A DNA stretch of 64,000 nt from Heterodontus francisci (lineage: Eukaryota): contig NC_090375.1 in assembly GCF_036365525.1 (NCBI RefSeq), positions 34,281,282-34,345,281 of the forward strand. Direction: 5' to 3'. The stretch's first letter is position 1, and each line of letters starts with the position of its first letter. The translations under genes and the position numbers were made by a program. This document shows positions 13,311 through 23,920 of the stretch, piece after piece. Under the pieces are notes generated by a model. That model was not told the DNA's origin, searched no databases, and was given only the letters and a program-made list of their open reading frames with translations.

Positions 13311-13545
13311 CTATCTGCAACAATACTGGTGTTACCAAGGCAGTTTCCATAGCATAACAGAATTCCCTGCCAAACATCACTGCACCATGCATCACCCATA
13401 ATTTGACAGGAATGCGATCGATTGACCCCTCACTAACTGTTTCATCACCATTCTCCTTGTTGTCTCTTTTCTTTTTCAATTTTGTGGGTAATTCTTGTGC
13501 TTGCATAGATTCTGTGTCATCATTTTGTGGAGCCATTGTTGCCAT
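13311..13545 (-). CDS. SLC45A4: SLC45A4 first coding exon, coding part
   Basis: [20 protein letters not shown]...[41 protein letters not shown] matches the vertebrate SLC45A4 N-terminus as I recall it; donor ATA G|gtgagt at 13311/13310; 235 nt = 78 codons + 1. Second in-frame ATG at 13536. Confidence 0.95.
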
Positions 13546-13859
13546 AAAAAATATATTTGCACTTTTTTTGGGAAAAAGCTTAATCAAGATATTTTTCCTC
13601 TGGTTTTCTGTTCCAGTTGTAGGCTGGTACTTTTCTTCCACAATTTCCTCTAAATGTATTCAAAAAAAACATACACCAAAAGAAAGCTATTTGGTAGAAA
13701 CTTTGGATTATGGCTTGTTTATTGTCTATTAAAAATCCATATTAATTGCCATTCAGTTAATACTAGTTTCATTATAGAAGAGGTGTTTTCTTTGCAGTAT
13801 AGAGATAGGATGGCAACACAAGAAGGTGGTCCTCTGTTACTCCCCATCGAGCGATTGTT
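13546..13859 (-). other. SLC45A4: 5' UTR part of the SLC45A4 first coding exon, with several uORFs
   Basis: Strong acceptor ctttttttcttcccattttgtgtttcAG (AG 13861-13860); non-repetitive; uATGs at 13847, 13772, 13752, 13740, 13672. Confidence 0.75.
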
Positions 13860-14195
13860 CTGAAACACAAAATGGGAAGAAAAAAAGTGAAACTCATAGG
13901 CTGAATGGCCTCTTTCAGTACTAGTGTGTCTATGCTACAAGATCTGCATTTTTAAAAAAAATGAGGAACTAGAAACAGAGCACTGATCCTAAAAGCAAGT
14001 TGTAATGTTTTCCATAAGATGGTAATTATAACCAACTGTAATAAGGACAGAGCTCTCAAAATTTGACCTTGGTCATTGATAAGAGCACAGTAAGGCATCA
14101 AGAAACTTTCCTGTGCTCCCATGAGCAAATCAGATTTTCATTGTCAAAAGTGTGCTCCAGTAACCTGTGCCAGTGTTTATTCTACATTTGTACTG

Positions 14196-14660
14196 TGTTA
14201 CGACCGAGGTGGGAGCAATGTCAATTCAGTTCCATCACTCCACAGGTCGCAGAATATTAAAGTTTTCCCACCCAACCAAATTAAACCCTCTGGTAACCCC
14301 CAAAATAAAACAGACCAAACCAGGCAGCTTCAAACAACAAATTAACTATTTATTAAAACTAAATCTTAAACACCATCAAGATAAACCTAAGTCTAAAGAC
14401 CTTACAAGTTTTAACTTAACTCCCTCATTCACACACAAACACCCAAACATCACGGTTAACCAGTTTCTTTTTTTTTTTAAGTTTTAAAAATTAGCTGTTT
14501 GAGAATAAATAAATAACTGGCATAAAAGTCTTTGTGGGTTACATTCCTGATGGGTGAGGTCCTAGCAGAAAAAGAAATAATCAAATGCCACTCGAAGTCT
14601 CCAGGCAGATTTAATGAAATAGTCCTTCAAAAATAAGCATTCAAACATTCCAGTAGAGCT
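14196..14660. mobile_element. LTR-like fragment
   Basis: Begins tgttacgaccgaggtgggag, resembling the reverse complement of the solo-LTR end at 58645 (tgttatgaccgggtgaggaag); other end unclear. Confidence 0.4.
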
Positions 14661-14794
14661 CCAGTAGTAGTTTGCAAAGCTTCATTGTAGATAGTCAATA
14701 TGATCTTCATTAGGAGTCGCATAGGTTGTCTACATGCTACCCTTGTGCAACATCTGAAAAACACATCAGGTTCCAAATATATGCTGATGGCATT

Positions 14795-15985
14795 AGTCAT
14801 AGAGTATAGAAACAGGCCCTTCGGCCCACTGCACCATACCGACCATAATGCCTATATACTAATCCCACCTGCCTCTATGCCTTGCTCATTAAAGTACCTG
14901 TCCAGATGCCTCTTAAATGTCACTACTGTTTCTGCCTCCACCACCTCCTCAGGCAGCTCATTCCAGATACCCACTATTTGTGTGACACATTTACCCCTTT
15001 GATCCCCATTAAACCTCCTCCCGCTCATCTTAAATCTATAACCTCTAATTTTAGTCAGCCTACCATGGGAAACAGACTCTGGTTATCTACCCTATCTATG
15101 CCTCTCAATTTTATATACCTCTATCATGTCCCCTCTCAGCCTCCTTCGCTCCTGGGAAAACAGACCCAGCCTATCCCTAATATAGGTAGGTGGTAGGGAA
15201 ACAGACAGGTGGGGATATGGTAGGAATATGGGATTAGTATAAATGTGTAGTTAATGGTCGGCACAGACTCAGTGGGCCGAAGGGCCTGTTTCAGTGCTGT
15301 ATCTCTAAACTAAACTAACACTATCCAATCTCTTTATAACTCAAGCCCTCCAAACCAGGAAACATCCTTGTGAATCTTTTCTGCACCCTCTCTAGCTCAA
15401 TCACATCTTTCCTGGAGTGCGGCGACCAGAACTGCACACAGTACTCCAAGTGTGGCCTAACCAATGTTATGTACAACTGTAACATGACGTCCCAACTCTT
15501 GTACTCAATGCCTCAGCTGATGAAGGCAAGCATGCCATATGCCTTCTTCACCACCCTGTCTACCTGTGTTGCCACTTTCAGGGAACTATGTACTTGCACC
15601 CCAAGGTGTCTCTGCTCAACAACACTCCCCAGAGCCCTGCCATTCACTGTATATGTCCTGTCCTGGTTTAACTTCCCAAAATACATCACTTCGCACTTGT
15701 CTGCGTTAATTCCATTTGCCACTCCCTTGCCCACTTTCCCAGTTTATCTATATCCTGTTATAACCTCAGACAACCTTCACTGTCCACTATACCACAATTT
15801 TGGTGTCATCTGCAAACTTACTAATCATGCCCCTTACATTCACATCCAAGTCATTATTATATATGACAAACAATAGAGGGCCCAGCACCGATCCCTGCGG
15901 CATACCACTGGTCACCGGCATCCAATCTGAAAAACAACCCTCCACTACCACCCTCTGCCTCCCATCACCAAGCCAATTTTGTATC
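14795..15985 (-). mobile_element. CR1 (HER1-like) 3' fragment with nested SINE
   Basis: KCEVMYFGKLNQDRTYTVNG..LGVQVHSSLKVATQVDRVVKKAYGML; tail gggccgaagggcctgtttctatactctatgact. Confidence 0.9.
15181..15318 (+). mobile_element. HE1-like SINE, 3' part only
   Basis: taggtaggtggtaggg..ggcacagactcagtgggccgaagggcctgtttcagtgctgtatctctaaactaaac. Confidence 0.85.
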
Positions 15986-15999
15986 CTGCTCCCTCACCA

Positions 16000-16420
16000 C
16001 CTCTCGACTCTTCCATGGTCTCTGATCTGTCAAACTGTTTGTCCAACATCCAGCATTGGATGAGTGATAAAGTTCCTTCAACTAAATACTGCAAAGGCTG
16101 AAGCCACTGTCTTTCATCTCTGCCACAAGCTCCATTCCCAGCCCCATCTCTGGCAACTGTCTAAAGCCAAGTCAGGCCATACGCAACCTTAGTGTTGTCA
16201 TGTCTGTCCCAGAAAATAGCATCCGCTCACATAGCTGCTCCAGCACCAAAATTGCCTACTTACACCTCTATTACATTGTCCAACTCAGACCCCATCTCTG
16301 CTCATCTGCTTAAAACTAGTTTGTGTCCGTTACCTCTAGTATTACTACACCAATACTCTCCAGGCCAACCTTCCATCTTATATAAACTAGTGCTCATCCA
16401 AAACTCTGCTAACCATATCT
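16000..16420 (+). mobile_element. L2 fragment
   Basis: CLSNIQHWMSDKFLQLNTAKAEATVF, typical L2 RT C-terminal motif. Confidence 0.6.
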
Positions 16421-16424
16421 CAGA

Positions 16425-18199
16425 ACCAAGCTCTGCAGTCCTGCCACATCCAGTCGTGAATGGTGGACAGCAGGAGGTGGCTCCACAAATATCCCTACCT
16501 ACCCTCAACGATAGGGAACCCTGCACATCAGTATAAAATCAAGGCTGAAGCACTTGCATCCAACTTCAACCAGAAGTGCTGAGTGGATGACCCATCTCGG
16601 CCTCTGCCTGAGGTCCCCAGCATCACGGATGCCATTCTTCAGCCAATCTGATTCACTCCACGTGATATATATAAAAAGCTGAATACACTGGATACTGCAA
16701 AGGCTATGGGCCGGAACAACATTCGGCAATAGTACTGAAGACCTGTGCTCCAGAACTAGCCGTGTCCCTAGCCAAGCTGTTCCAGTACAGCTATAACACT
16801 GGCATCAACCTGGCAATGTGGAAAATTGCCCAAGTATGTCCTGTACACAAAGCAGGACAAGTCCAACCTGCCAATTACCGCCCTTTCAGTCTACTCTCGA
16901 CCAGCAAAGCGATGGAAGGGGTCATTGACAGTGCTATCAACTGACACTTGCTCAGGAATAACATGCTCAATGACGCTCCGTTTGGGTTCTGCCAGGGCCA
17001 CTCAGCTCCTGACCTCTTACAGCCTTGGTCCAAACATTAGAGTTAGAGTCATATCTAGTGCAAAAGGAAGATAAAAGCAAAATACTGCAGATGCTAGAAA
17101 TCTGAAATAAGAACAAGAAACGCTGGAAATACACAGGTCTGGCAGCATCTGTGGAGAGAGAAGCAGAGTTAATGTTTCAGGTCAGTGACCCTGCATCAAA
17201 AGGAAGATGGTTGTTGGAGGTCAATCTCCCCAGCCCCAGGTCATCACTGCAGGAGTTCCTCAGAATAGCGTCAGAGGCCCAACCATCTTCAGCTGCTTCA
17301 TCCTTCACTTCATCATAAAAGGTCAGAAGTGGAGTTGTTCGCTGATGGCTGCACAATGTTTAGCACCCTTCCCAACTCCTCAGATACTGAAACAGCCAGT
17401 ATCCAAATGCAGCAAGACCTGGACAATATCCAGACTTGGGCTGATAAGCAGCATGTAACATTCGCGTCACACAAGTTTCGGGCGATGACAATCTCCCCAT
17501 CTCCCCTTGATGTTCAATGGCATTACCAACGCTGAATCCCCCACTAGCAACATTCTGGGGGTTACCATTGATCAGAAGCTGAACTGGACCAGCCACATAA
17601 ATGATATAGCTACAAGAGCAGGTCACAGGCTTAGAATTCTGCAGCAAGTAACTCATCTCATATCCCCCCAATGCCTGTCCACCATCTACAAGGCACAAGT
17701 CAGGAGTATGATGGAATACTCTCCACTTGCCTGAATGAGTGCAGCTCCAACATTAAAGAAGCTCGACACCATTCAGGACAAAGAAGCCCACCTGACTGGC
17801 ACCCCATCTACCCCAGACACAGTGGCAGCAGTGTGTACCAGCCACAAGATGCACTGCAGCAACTCACCAAGGCTCCTTCGACAGCACCTTCCAAACCCGC
17901 GACCTCTACCACCTAGAAGGACAAGGGCAACAGATGCACGGGAACACGACCACCTGAAATTTCCCCTCCAAGCCACACACCATCCTGACTTGGAACTATA
18001 TTCCCGTTCCTTCACTAACGTCACAGGGTCAAAATCCTGGAATTCCCTTCCCAACAGCACTGTGGGTGTACCAATACTCCAGGGTTTGCAATGGTTCAAG
18101 AAGGCAGCTCACCACCACCTTTAAGGATAATTCAGGATGGGCAATAAATGCTGGCCTACCCAGCAACACCCACAATGGGTGAATGAATAAAAAAAAAAA
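16425..18199 (+). mobile_element. LINE family B copy with nested Penelope mini-insertion
   Basis: Same RT and 3' end as 1795-3137; frameshifted. Confidence 0.9.
17073..17196 (-). mobile_element. 124-bp Penelope pLTR mini-insertion, 12-bp TSD
   Basis: Flanked by caaaaggaagat at 17061-17072 and 17197-17208; ends inside the hammerhead core. Confidence 0.8.
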
Positions 18200-18419
18200 G
18201 CCTCAAGATTCTTCCTAAAGTGTGGTTTCTTATACTGCATAATGCTCAGTTTAACTAGTCACTATAAAGTTTTATACAGCCTTATCATTACCTCTTGCCT
18301 TTATATCAAAAAATCTAAAATTCTAATTTAAGAAATAACAGCTAATCAATATTTATTGTCATGAACTTGCACATCTATAATCCCCTCTTCTTTCACAGCA
18401 CCAATCCTACCTCCAAAAG

Positions 18420-19241
18420 TAAAGCCCTGGTCGGGTCTGCAAATAAAAAAAAACCCAACCCGAGCCCAACCCGACAGAGACAGAACAGTACAGCACAATA
18501 ACAGGCCATTCGGCCCTCCAAGCCTGCACCGATCTTGATGCCGGTCTAAACTAAAACCTTCTGCACTTCTGGGGACCGTATCCCTCTATTCCCATCCTAT
18601 TCATGTATTTGTCAAGATGCCTCTTAAACGTCACTATCGCACCTGCTTCCACCACCTCCCCCGGCAGCAAGTTCCAGGCACTCACCACCCTCTGTGTAAA
18701 GAACTTGCCTCGCACATCCCCTCTAAACTTTGCCCCTCTCACCTTAAACCTATGTCCCCTAGTAACTGACTCTTCCACCCTGGGAAAAAGCTTCTGACTT
18801 TCCACTCTGTCCATGCCGCTCATAACTTTGTAAACCTCTATCATGTCGCCCCTCCACCTCCGTCGTTCCAGTGAAAACAATCCGAGTTTATCCAACCTCT
18901 CCTCATAGCTAATGCCCTCCAGACCAGGCAACATCCTGGTAAACCTCTTCTGTACCCTCTCCAAAGCCTCCACATCCTTCTGGTAGTGTGGCGACCAGTC
19001 CTTCCATTTCTTCCCGCGCCCGACCATCAGTTAACTTACCTTCCGTTTTTCACTTTGTTGCTGATCTGCACAAGCGTAAAATAACAAAACTACCTTTCTA
19101 GTTCGAAAATTAAATCAACAGTAAAGCCACTTACCTGTGATAGGGCGTGTCCGGCTCGCCCCTACCCCGAATGCTGGACCTGGAAGTGCAACCCGACGAC
19201 CCCAACACGTTGTCGGGTTCTGGTCGGGTAGTACGCCTTTA
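18420..19241. mobile_element. hAT-like MITE (cccgac/gtcggg-rich) interrupted by a CR1
   Basis: Ends taaagccctg / tacgccttta; subterminal acccgac and gtcgggt motifs; degenerate 8-bp TSD tccaaaag / ttccaaag. Confidence 0.55.
18478..18997 (-). mobile_element. Young CR1 3' fragment
   Basis: Open frame WSPHYQKDVEALERVQKRFTRMLPG..FFTQRVVSAWNLLP..; tail ggccgaatggcctgttattgtgctgtactgttct. Confidence 0.92.
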
Positions 19242-19613
19242 TTCCAAAGTACAATTACTGCAAGTTTTTAAAAAAAAAAACTGCTCACCTAGTGACTTAG
19301 AATTCTGACACTCGTTAGCTCATTTCCCCATCTCAATATTCCCCTGCCCATGCTACTTCTTTTACCATCTTAAGTGCATCAGCTGAGGGACTGCCTCAAG
19401 TAAAATTTTATGCAGGCCATATCAGCGAGGAGCAGCTCCAGTCCCAGGTGAGCAGGGAGGAGCCTTGTTCCACGTAATGGTGGTGGGATTCCACAAGAAC
19501 GGCCATGAGGTGAATGGCAAGTCAGGTTGAGGGTTGGCGGGGGGGGGGGGGGGGGTGGCGATGGCAGGGTGTAAAAGGCTTGTGTGCACCTGAGCGCTGC
19601 AAGATCAGAGAGA

Positions 19614-19940
19614 GGCACAGTGGCGCAGTGGTTAGCACCGCAGCCTCACCACTCCAGGGACCCGGGTTCAATTCTGGGTACTGCCTGTGTGGAGTTTGCA
19701 AGTTCTCCCTGTGACCGCGTGGGTTTTCGCCAGGTGCTCCGGTTTCCTCCCACCACCAAAGACTTGCAGGAGATAGGTAAATTGGCCATTGTAAATTTCC
19801 CCTAGTGTAGGCAGGTGGTAGGGAATATGGGATTACTGTAGGTGTAGTATAAATGGGTGGTTCTTGGTCAGCACAGACCCGGTGGGCCGAAGGGCCTGTT
19901 TCAGTGCTGTATCTCTAAATAAATAAAAATAAATAAATAA
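19614..19940 (+). mobile_element. HE1-like SINE
   Basis: Full head-body-tail, taaa-repeat end. Confidence 0.92.
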
Positions 19941-19988
19941 GATGGAAGTCAATGGATGTATGTAAACTGGGACCAAAGTTCAAGAAAA

Positions 19989-20219
19989 AGGAAAGCAAAA
20001 AATACTACGGATGGTGCAAATCTGAAATAAAAGCAGTGCTGAAAATGCTCAGCAGGTCTGGCAGCATCTGTGGAGACAGAAAGAAAGAATTAACTTTTCA
20101 GATCCGTAATCTTTCATCAAAAGGTCAGTTCAAGGTCACAGACCTGAAAAGTTAACTGTTTCTCTTTCCACAAATGCTGCCAGACCTGCTGAGTATTTCT
20201 AGCACTTCATTGTTCTTTT
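19989..20219. mobile_element. Inverted pair of Penelope pLTR segments, 11-bp TSD
   Basis: ctcagcaggtctggcagcatctgtgga..ttaacttttcagatc / gacctgaaaagttaa..tccacaaatgctgccagacctgctgag; gttcaagaaaa at 19978-19988 and 20220-20230. Confidence 0.75.
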
Positions 20220-22248
20220 GTTCAAGAAAAGAAACTCGAGTGATTATTGGCTTCCTTGCTACCATTTGTTTACTTGTTCATCTCCTACTTTTTGGACCTT
20301 GCTTGCAACTTACAATGAAATTAGCTACGGACGAAGAAAAATGCACCGTGCAGAGGGTTCCATTGTCATGACGACACGCAGGCTTGGTCAGGCGTGTATA
20401 ACTGTGCCTTTACACCAGCCACCACTGTTAAATAATAAACTATACCTCCTATTTTGACATCATCTGCAACACCACTCCTCCAGGTCTGTATCCAGATAAT
20501 TAATATATACTGAACGGACATGGCCCTCAAACTGAACTCAGTGGTAGACCATTACCAACCGCCATTAAAAAAATTGCCCAACTCCAACTCTGTTTTATCT
20601 CTAAAAAAAAATTAATTCCCATTTTCTATCCTCCCACTAATTTTACAACATTTACATTAGTAGAGAAAAGTCTTGTTAAAGACTTTCTTGAAGTCCACAT
20701 ACACTGTATCTGCCCCTCTGCCATGTCGATTACAGAATTCAGTGAGGTTTGTCAAGCACAATAGTTTCTAACCTAATCTGTTCTTTTATTTTCTCTAGCT
20801 AGATAGATGGTAATATCAGTCTTACTTCCTTACCACAGACATTAATTAACAGAGTAGCTGTCTCCTTTTTGAAAATGGGTACTGAAGTTGGACACTACCC
20901 TGTCTTACAGCACATAAATTGACTCAAATCGAACTCTGAAATTCATCTTAGTCCTGTGCAATTTCCTTCCTGAACTCCCTCAGGACCCAGAGATAAATCA
21001 CATTGTTTACTGCAGTTGTGTCTTCCTTTAACCGATTTAACTTACCTAGTATTTTCCTTTTATTCAACACAATTGCTCATTTTGTGTTCAACTTCAGGGT
21101 TCACTTTTCCAATATCCCTCTTGGCTTTGTTGGCTGTAAAAGCATTTTGGGACATGCCATGAAAGGTGCTAAATAAGAAGACAGATATGAAGTACTTCCT
21201 AAATACCCCCAACTTTTTATTCCTGCAGTTTGAGAGTCTGTACTACACTCCCAAATGTAACGAGACCCGAGCCATCTCAGGTTCTTTGGTGCTTTTGATA
21301 TTTGATGGCCCACCGTACAGACATTTTTTCCCCCCCCACAGAAAGCTGCAGCTTCAAATCTGAGAATGGGAGCTCTGAACACTTGTTCTAAACTCATTCT
21401 TGCCTTTCACTACCTCAATCACCTGACTTTCCTCCTCTATCACACAGCAATGTGACTATTCTCACAAAAAAACTCTCTTCTGATGTGTTTGTCTTGATTT
21501 CCTTCTCAGAGATTGTAAGCTCAAGCAGGGATAGTGCCATTTCCCACAAACGCATTTGCCAAAGTGCTCAGAACTTGCATTTAGCAGGAATGGCATCACT
21601 GTCCCTTCCCTGTGCTACCATTATTGGGATTATTTTAGGTTGTTCCACTTGCATACATCAACTAACCTACTCAGAACTTCTTTCCGCTCTACACTCAATT
21701 CCAACATGCAAAATTTCACTTCAGAAGTCCTTATACCACTCATGTAGTTGCTTTCGCTCTCCCAACTCCAGACCCCACTGACAGCATTCTCAACACAAAC
21801 TGACAAAATACTTGCTTCCAGGTTCAAGACATGGGTTCATGTAATACTTGTAAATAATTTCAAGAAATGTTCTATTTAAAAACATTTAAAAAAAAACTAG
21901 ACTAGATTTAAACTTTACTATATGTAATAGTTGATAAAAATCATCCAATTTCTAAGTTGCAAAGCTTGTTCATTTACTTACTATACTTCAGGTTGTTGGT
22001 GAGTCACCAACAAACACATCCAAGCTAGATTTGTTCACAGCTTGCAGTTGAATCCAGAAAGGCACATGTTACATCAACTGACCAAGGAGAATACATTTGG
22101 ATTGAGACTTAGTTCTGCAATCAGTTTCATAGGATCAGTGCAGAGTGGTCCACTCAATATGATCATGGCTGATCATCCACTTCAATGCCTTTTTCCTCTC
22201 ACTATCCTCATATCCCCTTCTGTCACTTGTATTTAGAAATGTGTCAAT

Positions 22249-23290
22249 AGAAGATGGTTGTGGTTGTTGGAGGTCAATCATCTGAGCTCTAGGACATCAC
22301 CGCAGGAGTTCCTCAGGGTAGTGTCTTGGGCCCAACCATCTTCAGCTGCTTCATCAATGACCTTCCTTCAGTTATAAGGTCAGAAGTGGGGATGTTCGCT
22401 GATGATTGCACAATGTTCAGCACCATTCGTGATTCCTCAGATATTGAAGCAGTCCGTGTAGAAATGCAGCAATACCTGGACAATATCCAGGCTTGGGCTG
22501 AGAAGTGGCAAGTAACATTCGCGCCACACAAGTGCTGGGCAATGACATCACCAACAAGAGAAAATCTAACCATCTCCCCTTGACATTCAATGGCATTACC
22601 ATCACTGAATCCCCCACTATCAACATCCTAGGGGCCACCATTGACCAGAAACTGAACTGCAGTAGCCATATAAATACTGTGGCTACAAAAGCAGGTCAGA
22701 GGCTAGGAATCCTGCGGCAAGTAACTCACCCCCTGACCCCCCAAAGCCTGTCCACCATCTACAAGGCACAAGTCAGGAGTGTGATGGAATACTCTCCACT
22801 TGCCTGGATGGGTGCAGCTCCAACAACACTCAAGAAGCTCGACACCATCCAGGACAAAGCAGCCTGCTTGATTGGCACCCCATCTACAAACATTCGCTCC
22901 CTCCACCACCGACACACAGTGGCAGCAGTGTGTACCATCTACAAGATGCACTGCAGCAATACACCAAGGCTTCTTAGACAGCACCTTCCAAACCCACGAC
23001 CTCTACCAACTAGAAAGGACAAGGGCAGCAAATGCATGGGAACACCACCTGCAAGTTCCCCTCCAAGTCACACACCATCCTGACTTGGAACTATATCGCT
23101 GTTCCTTCACTGTCGCTGGGTCCAAATCCTGGAACTCCCTTCCAAGCAGCATTGTGGGTGTGCCTACCCCAAATGGATTGCAGCGGTTGAAGGCAGCAGC
23201 TCACCATCACCTTCTCAAGGGCAATTAGGGATGGGCAATAAATGCTGGCCTGGCCAGCGTCACCCACATCACATGAATGAATAAAAAAAA
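22249..23290 (+). mobile_element. LINE family B 3' portion nested in CR1
   Basis: [25 protein letters not shown]; same 3' end and poly(A) as other copies. Confidence 0.92.
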
Positions 23291-23920
23291 ATCTCTGCTT
23301 TAAACATACTCAATAACTGAGCTTCCAAAACCCTCTGGGGGAAGAGAATTCCAAAGATTAACAACCCTGAGTAAAAAAAAATTCTCCTCATCGCTGTCCT
23401 AAGTGTCTTCCCCCTTATTTTCAAATGCTGTCCCTGGTTCTAGACTCCCCAACCAGGGGAAACATCTTACCTGTATCTACCTTGTCTATCCCTTTAAGTA
23501 TTTTGTAGGTTTCAATGAGATCACTTCTCATTCTTTGAGATTCCAGAGAATACAGGCCCAGTTTCCCCAATCTCTTTTCATAAGACAGACCCACCATCCG
23601 ACGAACAAGTCTGGTGAACTTCTGTCGCACTCCCTCCATAGCAATATCATCCTTCCTGGACCAAAACTGCACAGTACTCCAGGTGCAGTCTAACCAAGGT
23701 TCTATGCAATTGAAGCAAGATTTCACGACTACTGTTCTCAAATCCTCTTGCGATAAAGGCCAACATACCATTAGCCTTCCTAATTGCTTGCTGCACCTGC
23801 AGGTTAGCTTTCACTGACTTATTGACAAGGACATCCAGGTCCCTTTGTACATCTACACTTTCTAATCTCCTACCATTTAAGAAACACTCTGCACATCTAT
23901 TTCTCATACCAAAGTAGACT

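Noticed and set aside
13300-13641. ORF-track call as a complete 113-aa protein
   Set aside because: It is a spliced exon; the last codons are intronic and the GTG start is unproven.
13403-13732. Hydrophobic 109-aa plus-strand ORF
   Set aside because: Antisense shadow of the SLC45A4 exon.
15370-15876. Long ORFs antisense to CR1 ORF2 (also 62864-63777)
   Set aside because: Common stop-poor reverse frames of CR1 RT; no independent evidence of function.
19614-19690. tRNA gene-like A and B boxes
   Set aside because: SINE head repeated in several copies, continuous with SINE body; not a complete cloverleaf.
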